DNA of 64,000 nucleotides from an uncultured Gammaproteobacteria bacterium (GCA_963729605.1 CAVSNY010000007.1:800001-864000); one strand, 5' to 3'. Counted from the first letter of the stretch, positions 48,346 through 58,550 are shown. Translations and numbers: made by a program. Notes: generated by a model not told the origin, from the letters alone.

Positions 48346-48705
48346 TTAGAAATTGATGCTGTCGAAACGCGGCCGCCCGCCTTGCAGGCTGACGGTGATG
48401 CCGTTGGGCAGGCAGGCGGCCAGGTCGCCGGCGTGGGCCAGCCAGCCGCTGTGCACGCACTGCTGGCCGCGGCAGGGCGAGGCGAGAAAACGCACCCGGC
48501 CGTCTTTTACTTCGATGAGGCTGTCGCCCAGCGGGCCGTGCACGGCGAGCTGCTGGTTGCGGCTGAGCGGTAATTCCAAGGTCGGCTGGCCGCTGGCGGC
48601 GATGCGCGCCACGCTGGCCGGGCCGCCGTCGCCCCAGTAATGGCTGTACAGCACGGGCAGCAGCGCGACCGCGATTATCAGCACCAGCCAATCGGCGCGG
48701 GTCAT
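48346..48705 (-). CDS. NusG domain II-containing protein
   Basis: MTRADW + TM, GPLG, SPC..Q.CVHSGW, ACLPN, FDSINF; TGATG coupling to apbE. Confidence 0.88.
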   Translation of the reverse strand: MTRADWLVLIIAVALLPVLYSHYWGDGGPASVARIAASGQPTLELPLSRNQQLAVHGPLGDSLIEVKDGRVRFLASPCRGQQCVHSGWLAHAGDLAACLPNGITVSLQGGRPRFDSINF

Positions 48706-49808
48706 CACGGCTCGCCGATCACCACGGTGGGCGGCGGGTCCACTTCGAAGTGGATGCGCTTGGCCATGGCCGGGGTCATGTACACCGTGCGGTCGCCGGC
48801 CACCAGCATCGCGTGTTTGAGCCCCATGCCGCGCACCACCTCCAGCCAGTCCTCCGGCCCGGCCACCATCAGCGCGGTGGAGGCGCCGCCGCCCATGCCG
48901 CCGCCGGGGTAGACCACCGTGGCCGACATCGCGCCCGCGGCCGGATAACCGGTACGGGGATCGAGGATGTGCTGATAACGCCGGCCGGCGTAGGTGAAGT
49001 AACGTTCGTAGTCGCCGGAGGTGAACACGCTTTCGTCGCCCGCGATTTCCAGCGAGGCGAGCACGCCGGGACCGCGCGGGTCGCGGATGCCGATGCGCCA
49101 GGGTTGGTCGCCGCGCCGGCCGATGGCGCGCAGGTCGCCGCCGGCGTTGACGATGGCGTTGGCCACGCCGTGCCGGCGCAGCGTTTCGACGGCGCGGTCC
49201 ACGCCGTAACTCTTCACGTAGGCGCCGAAATCCAATTGCACCGCCGGATTGCGGCTGCGCAATTGGTCGCCGTCCAGCTGCAAATCGTCCATCGCGGGAT
49301 GGAGCGCGACCCGTTCTTTGACGGCGTCGGGATGGGGCGGCGGTACATTGGTCGGCCGCTCGTCCATTTGGAAACCCCATAGTCCGAGCAGCTGGCCGAT
49401 GGCCGGATTGAACAGGCCGCCGCTCTGCCGCGACAGCGTCTGCGCGCCGCGGATCACCTCGATTTGATCCGGCGCCAGGGTGACCGCTTCGCCGCGCGCC
49501 AGGCGCTCGTTGATTTCGGTGAGCGGCCCCGGTTCCCAGGCGTGCCAGCGGTGATGTAATTCATCGAGGGTCGCGATGGCCGCCGCGCTGGCCCGCTGGG
49601 CGGTGGCCTCATCAACGCCCCAGATACTGATGTCCACCAGGGTGCCGAAGGCCAGGATTTGTTCCTGGTGCAGCGGTTCGACCGGGCGGTCGCAGGCGGT
49701 GAGCCACAAGGTGCCGAGCAGCGCGAGGCCGCCGGCGAGCCGCGCGCCGCCGTGTTGTGTCGGGCGGCTACGGCGTCGTGTCACGCGCGAGGCGGGGGAG
49801 GGACCCAT
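48705..49808 (-). CDS. apbE: FAD:protein FMN transferase ApbE
   Basis: Lipobox LTAC, FGT, FNPAIG, LDFGAYVKSY, NAGGD, W.IGIRDP, TSGDYER, HILDPRTG. Confidence 0.94.
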   Translation of the reverse strand: MGPSPASRVTRRRSRPTQHGGARLAGGLALLGTLWLTACDRPVEPLHQEQILAFGTLVDISIWGVDEATAQRASAAAIATLDELHHRWHAWEPGPLTEINERLARGEAVTLAPDQIEVIRGAQTLSRQSGGLFNPAIGQLLGLWGFQMDERPTNVPPPHPDAVKERVALHPAMDDLQLDGDQLRSRNPAVQLDFGAYVKSYGVDRAVETLRRHGVANAIVNAGGDLRAIGRRGDQPWRIGIRDPRGPGVLASLEIAGDESVFTSGDYERYFTYAGRRYQHILDPRTGYPAAGAMSATVVYPGGGMGGGASTALMVAGPEDWLEVVRGMGLKHAMLVAGDRTVYMTPAMAKRIHFEVDPPPTVVIGEP

Positions 49809-49811
49809 GGT

Positions 49812-50783
49812 TCATTCCGTGCCGCCCCGGCGGGTCTGGTGTTGCCGTGCGATGTAGTCCATGAATTGCCCGCCGATGTCCAAACCGTACAAGGCGTCCA
49901 GTTCGCGGATGCAGGTGGGGCTGGTGACGTTGACCTCGGTGAGGTAGTCGCCGATCACGTCGAGGCCGACGAAGCTCAAGCCTTTTTCACGGAGGGTGGG
50001 ACCGACTTGCGCGCAGATCCAGCGGTCGCGTTCGCTCAAGGCCACCCCCACGCCGCTGCCGCCCGCCGCGAGATTGCCGCGGGTCTCGCCCGCGGCGGGG
50101 ATGCGCGCCAAGGCGTAAGGCACCGGCTCGCCGTCTATCATCAAGATGCGTTTGTCGCCGTCGCGGATCTCCGGCAGGTAACGCTGGGCCATGATGTAAC
50201 GCGAACCGGCGCGGGTGAGGGTCTCGATCACCACGCTGATGTTGTGATCGCCGCCGTGCAGGCGGAAGATCGCCAAGCCGCCCATGCCGTGCAGCGGTTT
50301 GAGAATGATGTCGCCATGCTGTTTCAGAAAGGCGCGGATCTCGGCGGCGCTGCGCGTCACCAGGGTCGGCGGCGTGCACTGGGGAAACCAGGCGGTGTAG
50401 AGTTTTTCATTGGCGTCGCGCAGGCTTTGCGGCTTGTTGAGCACCCGCACGCCGGCGGCCTCGGCGAGTTCGAGCATGTAGGTGGCGTAGAGATATTCGC
50501 TGTCCACCGGCGGGTCTTTGCGCATCAGTATCGCGTCGAGCGCCGCCAGCGGCCGCGTAGCGTGGGCGCCGATGTCGAACCAATGCGTGAGGTCGTCGCG
50601 CACCGTGATACGCCGCATCCAGCCGAAGGCCTCGCCATCACGCAGGCCGAGATCGCCCAGTTCCATGTAATGCAATTCGAAGCCGCGCCGCTGCGCCGCC
50701 AGCAGCATGGCGAGGGTGCTGTCTTTTTTGGGGTTGATGGTGTCGATGGGGTCCATCACCACGCCGAGTTTGATGGTCATCAT
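49812..50783 (-). CDS. gshB: Glutathione synthetase
   Basis: VMDP....KKDS, MRKDPP, NEK, KPL.GMGG, GDKR, RGNLAAGG, EVNVTSPT. Confidence 0.98.
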   Translation of the reverse strand: MMTIKLGVVMDPIDTINPKKDSTLAMLLAAQRRGFELHYMELGDLGLRDGEAFGWMRRITVRDDLTHWFDIGAHATRPLAALDAILMRKDPPVDSEYLYATYMLELAEAAGVRVLNKPQSLRDANEKLYTAWFPQCTPPTLVTRSAAEIRAFLKQHGDIILKPLHGMGGLAIFRLHGGDHNISVVIETLTRAGSRYIMAQRYLPEIRDGDKRILMIDGEPVPYALARIPAAGETRGNLAAGGSGVGVALSERDRWICAQVGPTLREKGLSFVGLDVIGDYLTEVNVTSPTCIRELDALYGLDIGGQFMDYIARQHQTRRGGTE

Positions 50784-50790
50784 CGGCTTT

Positions 50791-50940
50791 CAACGCAAAG
50801 GCGCCAAGGCGCAAAGAAAGATTTCATCGCTTGATTGGCGGTGCTCGGGTAATGACGCACGGTCATTGCAGTGTCGCTCGCGTAAAAATGTAGTCTGAAA
50901 AAACCATGGCATGAACTCGCCGTCTTCACGCCTTTGCGTG
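50791..50940. repeat. ACGCAAAG-type inverted repeat pair
   Basis: CAACGCAAAGGCGCCAAGGCGCAAAG ... CTCGCCGTCTTCACGCCTTTGCGTG. Confidence 0.6.
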
Positions 50941-50954
50941 GTGATTTTAAAAAT

Positions 50955-52250
50955 TTAAACGGTCTCCGCGACCTCGCGCGCCGCCGCCACCAAGGCCAGG
51001 CGCGCGATCACGCCGTAGGCGTAGAAACGGTTGGGGTTGGCGTCGGGCGCGCGGTTGCGGTCCGGGTTGTTGCAACATTCGGCGAAGGCCAGCGGTTCGA
51101 AGGCCATGCCCGGCGCGTTGAGATTTTCGTCGGGGCCGCGGCCGGTGTGGATGCGGTAGAAACCGCCCACCACGTAGTGGTCCATCATGTACACCACCGG
51201 TTCGGCCACCGATTGCCGATCGCCCCAGGTCTCGAAGGTGTAGACGCCTTCCTGCAAGATCACTTGGCTGATCTCCTGGCCGCCTTTGCTGGCCGCCATT
51301 CTGGTGCGCTGTTTACGGTTGAGGTCGCGGACCTCCTGCTCCGAGTGGACCATCATCACCCCCATGCCGTAGGTGCCGGCATCGGCCTTCACCACCACGA
51401 AGGGGCGCTTGTCGATGCCGTATTCATCGTATTTGCGCTGGATGTTGACGAGCAGGGTGTTGACGTTTCGCGCCAGACACTCTTCGCCTTCGCGTTTGGT
51501 GAAGTTGATCTCGCCGCATTGCAGGAACAGCGGGTCGATCAGCCAGGGATCGATGTCGATGAGCGCGGCGAATTCGCGGGCCACCGCGCGGTAATGAGTG
51601 AAGTGATCGGACTTGAGGCGGTTGGACCAGCCCAGCACCAGCGGCGGGCTCACCGGTTGGTCGAGATTTTCCAGGATCGCCGGTCGGCCGGCGGAAAGAT
51701 CGTTGTTGAGCAGGATCAGGCACGGCGTGAAACCGACGACGCCGAGTTTGTCGCCGGTGCGTATCAAGGGTTCCAGGCGCACCCGGCGGCCGGAGGGCAG
51801 GCCGATCTCGGTGGGTTCGCGCACTTCATCGAGCAGGGAACCGACCCGCACCTCGAAGCCCGCCTTGCCGATGATCTCGACCAAGGTGGCGACGCTCTCC
51901 ATGTAGAACAGATTGCGGGTGTGGTTCTCCGGGATCAGCAACACCTTGGCCGCCGCCGGGCACACCCGTTCAATCGCCGATTCCACCGCTTGAATGCACA
52001 GCGGGATGAAGGCCGGATTGAGATTGTTGAATCCGGCGGGGAAAAGGTTGGTATCGACCGGCGCCAACTTGAAACCGGCGTTGCGCAAATCCACCGAACA
52101 ATAAAAAGGCGCGGGGGTTTCCCGCCATTGGCCGCGGAACCAGCTTTCAATGGCGGTTTGCCGGTCGAGCAGATGCCGCTCGATGGTGAGCAACGGGCCG
52201 GTGAGGGCCGTGGTGAGATTGGGGACCGCGTGCAGATGTTCGATGCTCAT
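50955..52250 (-). CDS. gshA: Glutamate--cysteine ligase
   Basis: PFYCSVDLRNAGFKLAPVDTNLFPAGFNNL, LLNNDLS, KADAGTYGMG, ENLNAPG; upstream of gshB. Confidence 0.96.
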   Translation of the reverse strand: MSIEHLHAVPNLTTALTGPLLTIERHLLDRQTAIESWFRGQWRETPAPFYCSVDLRNAGFKLAPVDTNLFPAGFNNLNPAFIPLCIQAVESAIERVCPAAAKVLLIPENHTRNLFYMESVATLVEIIGKAGFEVRVGSLLDEVREPTEIGLPSGRRVRLEPLIRTGDKLGVVGFTPCLILLNNDLSAGRPAILENLDQPVSPPLVLGWSNRLKSDHFTHYRAVAREFAALIDIDPWLIDPLFLQCGEINFTKREGEECLARNVNTLLVNIQRKYDEYGIDKRPFVVVKADAGTYGMGVMMVHSEQEVRDLNRKQRTRMAASKGGQEISQVILQEGVYTFETWGDRQSVAEPVVYMMDHYVVGGFYRIHTGRGPDENLNAPGMAFEPLAFAECCNNPDRNRAPDANPNRFYAYGVIARLALVAAAREVAETV

Positions 52251-52357
52251 AGACCACCATTGAGTCGACGCCGGAGGGCCGAATCATAACACAGGCCCGC
52301 CGCGCCGCCGCGCGGGTGTTTAAGACGGTATTATGGAAGTTGCGGATGTTGCCGTGA

Positions 52358-53089
52358 CTAGACGAAGTCGCCCCAGCGGGCGAGCAGCGCCGCCAACGCG
52401 GCGACCGCCGCGGTTTCGGTGCGGAGGATGCGCGGTCCCAGCCGCAGACCCGTGTACCCCGCTTGTTTGGCGAAGGCGATTTCGTGATCGGTGAGGCCGC
52501 CTTCGGGGCCGATCAGCAAGCTCACGGGACCGCTGGGAGCGGGCAGCGCGCCGAGCGTGGTATCCGCCTCGGGGTCGAGCACCAGCGCCGGGCCCGTGGC
52601 CGGTTCGGCAAGCCAGGCCGGCAGCGTGCGGGGCGCGGCGATTTCCGGCACGTGATTGCGGCCGGATTGTTCGCAGGCGCTGATCACCACGGCTTGCCAG
52701 TGTTGCACGCGTTTATCCAGGCGTTCGCCGCCGAGTTGCACGCCGCAGCGTTCGGTGAACAGCGGGATGATGCGCTTCACGCCCAGTTCCACCGCCTTTT
52801 GCACCGTGTAGTCCATGCGTTCCCCGCGCGAGATGCCTTGCGCCAGCCACACGTCGAGCGGCGGTTCGCAATCCCGTTGGTGATGAACGTCCACCCGGAC
52901 GAGCACGCGGCGTTTGTCGACGGCCTCGATCACGGCGGCGAATTCACCGCCTTGGCCATTGAAGAGAATCAGCGGCGCGCCCGGCGGCAAACGCAATACG
53001 CGGGCGACGTGATTGGCGGCGGTGTCGTGCAATTGTACGGACGAGCCGCTGAGCAGCGGGGCGGGGTGGTATATACGAGGGCTGCGCAT
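52358..53089 (-). CDS. rsmE: 16S rRNA m3U1498 methyltransferase RsmE
   Basis: HVARVLR, QKAVELGV, ACEQSGR, IGPEGG, LGPRILRTETA. Confidence 0.96.
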   Translation of the reverse strand: MRSPRIYHPAPLLSGSSVQLHDTAANHVARVLRLPPGAPLILFNGQGGEFAAVIEAVDKRRVLVRVDVHHQRDCEPPLDVWLAQGISRGERMDYTVQKAVELGVKRIIPLFTERCGVQLGGERLDKRVQHWQAVVISACEQSGRNHVPEIAAPRTLPAWLAEPATGPALVLDPEADTTLGALPAPSGPVSLLIGPEGGLTDHEIAFAKQAGYTGLRLGPRILRTETAAVAALAALLARWGDFV

Positions 53090-53296
53090 GGCTGGGTAGT
53101 CGGGTGAAAACGATGGCGCTACTTTACTAAGAACGTCGTGCGTAAGGCCACTGTTTTGCTGGAGTCGCGAATGTCGGGTGGACGCGGAACAGATGCTCGC
53201 GAGGGCGGTAGGAGATGGGCGCCGATTCGTTTGTCGCCGTGGCGTGGGTCGCGATGGTAGGCCGCGAAAAATCATTCCGCGGCTGGACCGCCATGT

Positions 53297-54661
53297 TCAT
53301 CCACGAGTGGCGAATTGTATGCCTTGCCACGCCGCCTCCGCCATCAGTTGAATCTCCGGCGGGGTGATGACATAGGGCGGCATGAAATACACCACGTCGC
53401 CCAGCGGCCGCAGCAGCACGCCTTTTTTCAACGCGTGTCGATAGACGCGCAGGCCGCGGCGTTCCTGCCAGGGATACGCTTCGCGCGCCGATTTATTTTT
53501 TACCATTTCGATGGCGACGATCATGCCGCACTGGCGCACCTCGGCCACATGCGGGTGGTCGGCGAACTCGGCGGTGGCTTCCCGCAAGTGGGCGGCGAGC
53601 GCGTGATTTCGTTCTATGGTTCGATCCTGCGCGAAGATGTCGAGGGTGGCCAGCGCCGCGCGGCAGCCGAGCGGATTGCCGGTGTAGCTGTGCGAGTGCA
53701 GAAAGGCGGTGAGATTCTGGTAATCGTCGTAAAAGGCCTGATAGATTTCTTCGCGGGTGAGCACCGCCGCCAAGGGCAGATAACCGCCGGTGAGGCCTTT
53801 GGAGAGGCACATGAAGTCGGGTGTGATGCGCGCCTGTTCACACGCGAACAGCGTGCCGGTGCGGCCGAAACCCACGGCGATTTCGTCGGCGATGAGGTGC
53901 ACGCCGTAGTCATCGCAGGCCGCGCGCAGCAATTGCAGATACACCGGATCGTACATGCGCATGCGGCCGGCGCACTGCACCAGCGGTTCGACGATGACGG
54001 CGCACACCTCCTCGGCGTGCCGTTCGAGCGCCTGACGCATTGGCTCGAATAGGCGCGCGGAGTGCTCCGCCCAACTGGCGCCCGCCTCGCGCTGGAAACA
54101 ATCGGGAGAGGCGACGGTGATCACGTCCATCAGCAAGGGCCGGTAGGTCTGTTTGTAGAGCGCCACGTCGCCCACCGCCAGCGCGCCGAGGGTCTCGCCG
54201 TGATAGCTGTTGTTCAAGGTGATGAACCGGGTTTTTTTCACCGCGCCGCGATTGCGCCAATAATGAAAGCTCATTTTCAACGCGACTTCCACGGCGGAGG
54301 AGCCGTTGTCGGCGTAAAAACAGCGGGTGAGGCCGGGCGGCGCCAGGCCGATTAGACGTTCGGCGAGTTCCACGGCGGGCCTATGGGTGAAACCCGCCAG
54401 CAGCACATGTTCTAACTCGTCGAGCTGTTCGCGCAGCGCGGCGTTGATGCGCGGATTGGCATGGCCGAACAGGTTTACCCACCACGAACTGATGGCGTCG
54501 AGATAACGTTTGCCGTCGAAGTCCTCCAGCCATACGCCTTCGCCGCGCCGGATCGGGATCGGCGGCAGGGTTTCATGGTCCTTCATCTGGCTGCAAGGGT
54601 GCCATAACACGGCCAGATCGCGGGCCGTCAGGGCGCTGTTGTTGGATTGTTTGCGTGACAT
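53297..54661 (-). CDS. bioA: Adenosylmethionine--8-amino-7-oxononanoate transaminase
   Basis: WHPCSQM, DAISSWWVN, NGSSAVEVALKM, YHGET, DEIAVGFGRTG, SKGLTGG, HSHSYTGN. Confidence 0.96.
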   Translation of the reverse strand: MSRKQSNNSALTARDLAVLWHPCSQMKDHETLPPIPIRRGEGVWLEDFDGKRYLDAISSWWVNLFGHANPRINAALREQLDELEHVLLAGFTHRPAVELAERLIGLAPPGLTRCFYADNGSSAVEVALKMSFHYWRNRGAVKKTRFITLNNSYHGETLGALAVGDVALYKQTYRPLLMDVITVASPDCFQREAGASWAEHSARLFEPMRQALERHAEEVCAVIVEPLVQCAGRMRMYDPVYLQLLRAACDDYGVHLIADEIAVGFGRTGTLFACEQARITPDFMCLSKGLTGGYLPLAAVLTREEIYQAFYDDYQNLTAFLHSHSYTGNPLGCRAALATLDIFAQDRTIERNHALAAHLREATAEFADHPHVAEVRQCGMIVAIEMVKNKSAREAYPWQERRGLRVYRHALKKGVLLRPLGDVVYFMPPYVITPPEIQLMAEAAWQGIQFATRG

Positions 54662-54736
54662 CCGTGTGTTGTCCGCTTGGCCGGGCGAGCTAGGTTAACA
54701 CAGGGGATATTGCGGCGGTAAACAGCGACCAATTCA

Positions 54737-54831
54737 TGTCGGGATTATTTACAAGGCGTTTAGGTCGCGGTCCAAACGTAATGAAAGTTTCTATAGAAAT
54801 AGGGACTTAAAAACTTGGCAAGCCAATTGCT
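54737..54831 (+). promoter_or_regulatory. PEP-CTERM enhancer box plus sigma54 promoter
   Basis: TGTCGG-N5-TTTACA (54737-54753) and TTGGCAAGCCAATTGCT (GG-N10-GC, 54815-54831) about 62 bp downstream. Confidence 0.75.
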
Positions 54832-54973
54832 CTAGCTGGACTGCGGACGTATCGCGCCGGTTTCCACTCAGTGAAACCACAAAAGCCTTCCACGGATGCA
54901 ACTTCACGATGTAACGGGTTACGGATTCCCTGCTTTGCGCGTTGTTTGGTTACACAAAGCACTAGGGTGATTC

Positions 54974-55948
54974 ATGAGTAAACGTTTGTTTGGTTCATTA
55001 GCCATATTGTTGAGCATGAGCGGCGCGGCCGTCGCGGGGCCGGTGATCACGCCGGTGATACTCGAAGGCAATTACATTCGTACCACTATCGGGCACTACG
55101 GCACCTTGGGTAACGGTTATGCCGCACCGGGCTTGCAGTACGACGCCTCGGGCGCCGGCAGTTTCAGCGGCGGCGATTTTCTCACGCCGGGCTCGCCTTG
55201 GGACTACTTCACGATGAAGGCCGATCAGACCGGTGGCGTCACCGGCAACAACAATGATCCCGGCGCCGGCCAGCACGATTTTAGTCCCCTGTTTTTGGAG
55301 GATCTGAGCGGTCTCAACGGTTTTGATAATCACGTGCGTTGGGTCGGCGTCAGCGAATCGGCCAGGCTCACCAACGAGTATTTTTTCAACGACGACGACC
55401 AGCGTATTCAGGTCCTTACCACGATTACCGCGTATAGCCGGCTCAATAACCTGGTCTTCGCGCGCAGCATCGATCCGGATCAGGATGCCGGATACGGCAC
55501 GACCGATACCGTCAACGGCCGCGGCTACGACGCCAATAATGACGGCGACTACGACGATCCGGGCGATGTCGCGCCGCAGAACTGGGTGCATTCGCAAGGT
55601 CCCTACAGCGGGCTGGTCTTGGGTTTATTTTCAAATTCACCCTATGCCCATGGCACCGGCGTTTCTTCCGGCTGGGAAATCGATCCCGATTTCTTTCTCG
55701 CGATGAATGACGATGGCGACGGCGATCATACCCTGGGCCTCGCCTTCAACCTGGGCGATTTGCTGCGCGATGAATCGCTTTCTTTCACCTATTCCTACGT
55801 ATTGGCCGCCAGTTTGAGCGCCGCGGCTCTGCCCGCGCAAGATGTGCAAAGCCGCGGCGTACCCGAGCCGGATACGCTGGCGCTGCTGAGTTTGGGGGTG
55901 GTTGGGCTAGGGGCATTCGCTCGTCGCCGGGCGCGCGATAACAAATAA
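54974..55948 (+). CDS. PEP-CTERM sorting domain protein
   Basis: Signal peptide; D/G/N-rich body with DANNDGD; C-terminal VPEP-TM-RRR. Confidence 0.93.
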   Translation: MSKRLFGSLAILLSMSGAAVAGPVITPVILEGNYIRTTIGHYGTLGNGYAAPGLQYDASGAGSFSGGDFLTPGSPWDYFTMKADQTGGVTGNNNDPGAGQHDFSPLFLEDLSGLNGFDNHVRWVGVSESARLTNEYFFNDDDQRIQVLTTITAYSRLNNLVFARSIDPDQDAGYGTTDTVNGRGYDANNDGDYDDPGDVAPQNWVHSQGPYSGLVLGLFSNSPYAHGTGVSSGWEIDPDFFLAMNDDGDGDHTLGLAFNLGDLLRDESLSFTYSYVLAASLSAAALPAQDVQSRGVPEPDTLALLSLGVVGLGAFARRRARDNK

Positions 55949-55975
55949 CAACTATAAAAATACAAACTAAAAATT

Positions 55976-56000
55976 GACGGCCCGTAAGGGCCGTTTTTTT
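55976..56000 (+). terminator. Intrinsic terminator
   Basis: GACGGCCC-GTAA-GGGCCGTT followed by a T-run. Confidence 0.85.
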
Positions 56001-56084
56001 GTACTCGGAAAAGCAGAGTTGCAAGGGCGGTTCAACGCGAGATTATCCCGCGCGTTGACTGGGCGTGTTAAAAAATATTTCTAA

Positions 56085-56111
56085 GGGACCTCTGATTTAT
56101 TCAGAACTTCC
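56085..56111. repeat. 27-bp imperfect palindrome related to the MITE ends at 19470-19620
   Basis: GGGACCTCTGATTTATTCAGAACTTCC, compare GGAATCTCTGATAAATCACAGCTTCC (19595-19620). Confidence 0.55.
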
Positions 56112-56974
56112 TAGGCCGGTTTGCTTTGTATGCCGAGGTTGCGCCAGATGCTGGTGGTGGGTCCGGCCTGGTTCATGGTGTAGAAATGCAGGCCAGGCGC
56201 GCCGCCCTGCAACAAGGTGCGGCATAGGTCGGTAACCACCTCGAGGCCGAAGGCGCGCAGGGATTTCACGTCGTCGCCGTAGGCCTCCAGCCGCTTGCGT
56301 ATCCAGCGCGGGATCTCGGCGCCGCAAGCGTCGGAGAAACGGGCGAGTTGCACGTAATTGGTGATGGGCATGATGCCCGGCACGATGGGTAGATCCAAAC
56401 CCATTTTTTCGCAAGCGTCCACGAAACGGAAATAGGCGTCGGCGTTGTAGAAATATTGGGTGATCGCCGCGTCGGCGCCGGCCTGCACTTTGCGTTTGAA
56501 ATTGCGCAGGTCCGCCTCCGCGTTGAGTGCCTGCGGGTGAAACTCCGGATAGGCCGCGACTTCGATGAAGAAGTGATCGCCGGTCTCGCCGCGGATGAAT
56601 TCCACCAGTTCGTTGGCATAGCGGAATTCGCCGGCCTCGCGCATGCCCGAAGGCATATCGCCGCGCAGGGCCACCAGGTGGCGGATGTTTTGCGATTTAT
56701 AGTTGTCGAGGATTTGCCGGATGTTGGCCTTGGTGGAGCCGATGCACGACAAGTGCGGCGCCACGTCGATGCCGGTTTCTTGTTTGATCTCGCGCACGGT
56801 TTCGAAGGTGCGTTCCTGAGTCGAACCGCCGGCGCCGAAGGTCACCGAGGCGAAACAGGGTTTGAGCGGCGTGAGTTCGGCGCAGGTCTCGCGCAGCTTG
56901 GCCGCGCTCTCCGCGCTTTTGGGCGGGAAAAATTCGACGCTGTAGGCTTTGGGGTAAATTTTTTGTGATTTCAT
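56111..56974 (-). CDS. metF: 5,10-methylenetetrahydrofolate reductase
   Basis: SVEFFPPK, SVTFGAGGS, APHLSC, ALRGD, AAYPE.HP, ITQYF, LHFYTMN. Confidence 0.97.
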   Translation of the reverse strand: MKSQKIYPKAYSVEFFPPKSAESAAKLRETCAELTPLKPCFASVTFGAGGSTQERTFETVREIKQETGIDVAPHLSCIGSTKANIRQILDNYKSQNIRHLVALRGDMPSGMREAGEFRYANELVEFIRGETGDHFFIEVAAYPEFHPQALNAEADLRNFKRKVQAGADAAITQYFYNADAYFRFVDACEKMGLDLPIVPGIMPITNYVQLARFSDACGAEIPRWIRKRLEAYGDDVKSLRAFGLEVVTDLCRTLLQGGAPGLHFYTMNQAGPTTSIWRNLGIQSKPA

Positions 56975-56989
56975 GGCGGCCCATCAAAT

Positions 56990-57100
56990 GTAGGGTGGGT
57001 TAGGCGTACGGCGCCTAACCCACCAGACGTCGCCGCAGGCGACTCACTGTGTCGCCCATGGCGACGGATCGGTGGGTTACGCTTCGCTAACCCACCCTGC
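56990..57100. repeat. REPIN-like doublet of GTAG-family REPs
   Basis: GTAGGGTGGGTTAGGCG..CGCCTAACCCACC and inverted GGTGGGTTACGCTTCGCTAACCCACCCTGC around a palindromic spacer. Confidence 0.8.
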
Positions 57101-57114
57101 ATGCCACATTCAAA

Positions 57115-58533
57115 TCAATACCGGTAGTGATCCGACTTGTACGGACCCGTTTTCGGTACGCCGATGTATTTGGCCTGCTCGTCGCTGAGCTCGGTGAGCA
57201 CGGCGTTGAGCTTCTTCAATTGCAGGCGCGCGACCTTTTCGTCGAGGTGTTTCGGTAGCGTGTAAACGCCGACCGGATATTTGCCGGAGTCGCGTTCGCT
57301 CCAGAGTTCGATTTGCGCGATGGTTTGATTGGCGAACGACGAACTCATCACGTACGAGGGATGGCCGGTGCCGCAGCCGAGGTTCACCAGGCGGCCCTTG
57401 GCGAGCAGGATGATGCGTTTGCCGTCGGGGAAGATCACGTGATCGACCTGCGGCTTGATCTCTTCCCACTGGTATTTCTCGATCGAGGCGACGTCGATCT
57501 CGTTGTCGAAATGGCCGATATTGCAGACGATGGCCTGGTCTTTCATCCGGGCCATGTGATCGTGGGTGATGACGTTGTAATTGCCGGTGGCGGTGACGAA
57601 GATGTCGGCCTTGTCGGCGGCGTAGTCCATCGTCACCACGCGGTAGCCTTCCATCGCGGCCTGCAATGCGCAGATCGGATCGATCTCGGTGACCCACACC
57701 TGCGCCGACAGCGCGCGCAGCGCCTGGGCCGAGCCCTTGCCGACGTCGCCGTAGCCCGCGACCACGGCGATCTTGCCGGCGATCATCACGTCGGTCGCGC
57801 GCTTGATGCCGTCGACCAGCGACTCGCGGCAGCCGTACAGATTATCGAACTTGGACTTGGTGACCGAGTCGTTGACGTTGATGCCGGGGAATTTCAGCTC
57901 GCCGCGCGCGTGCATCTGATAGAGGCGGTGCACGCCGGTGGTGGTCTCTTCAGTGACGCCGCGGATGGCCGCGAGATTCTTCGAATACCAGCCCGGCTGC
58001 GACGCGATGCGCTTTTTGATCGCCGCGAACAGGATGCGTTCTTCTTCGCTGGTCGGCTTGCCCAGTACCGATGCGTCTTTCTCCGCGCGCGCGCCGAGGT
58101 GCAACAGCAGAGTGGCGTCGCCGCCGTCGTCGAGGATCATGTTGGCGGTGCCGCCGTCATGCCATTCGAAGATGCGGTGGGTGTAATCCCAATATTCTTC
58201 CAGCGTCTCGCCCTTGATCGCGAACACCGGCGTGCCGGCCGCGGCGATGGCGGCGGCGGCGTGGTCCTGGGTCGAGAAGATGTTGCACGAGGCCCAGCGC
58301 ACGTCGGCGCCGAGCGCCTTCAAGGTCTCGATCAGCACCGCGGTCTGGATGGTCATGTGCAGCGAACCGGCGATGCGTGCGCCCTTGAGCGGCTGGCTCG
58401 CGGCGTATTCGTCGCGGATGGCCATCAGCCCGGGCATCTCGGTCTCGGCGATGCGGATCTCTTTGCGGCCCCAGTCGGCGAGTTTCAGGTCGGCGACAAT
58501 AAAATCGCCCGAAGATTGAACGACAGCGTTCAT
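57115..58533 (-). CDS. ahcY: Adenosylhomocysteinase
   Basis: [54 protein letters not shown]. Confidence 0.99.
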   Translation of the reverse strand: MNAVVQSSGDFIVADLKLADWGRKEIRIAETEMPGLMAIRDEYAASQPLKGARIAGSLHMTIQTAVLIETLKALGADVRWASCNIFSTQDHAAAAIAAAGTPVFAIKGETLEEYWDYTHRIFEWHDGGTANMILDDGGDATLLLHLGARAEKDASVLGKPTSEEERILFAAIKKRIASQPGWYSKNLAAIRGVTEETTTGVHRLYQMHARGELKFPGINVNDSVTKSKFDNLYGCRESLVDGIKRATDVMIAGKIAVVAGYGDVGKGSAQALRALSAQVWVTEIDPICALQAAMEGYRVVTMDYAADKADIFVTATGNYNVITHDHMARMKDQAIVCNIGHFDNEIDVASIEKYQWEEIKPQVDHVIFPDGKRIILLAKGRLVNLGCGTGHPSYVMSSSFANQTIAQIELWSERDSGKYPVGVYTLPKHLDEKVARLQLKKLNAVLTELSDEQAKYIGVPKTGPYKSDHYRY

Positions 58534-58550
58534 GGTGTATCTCCTAAAAA

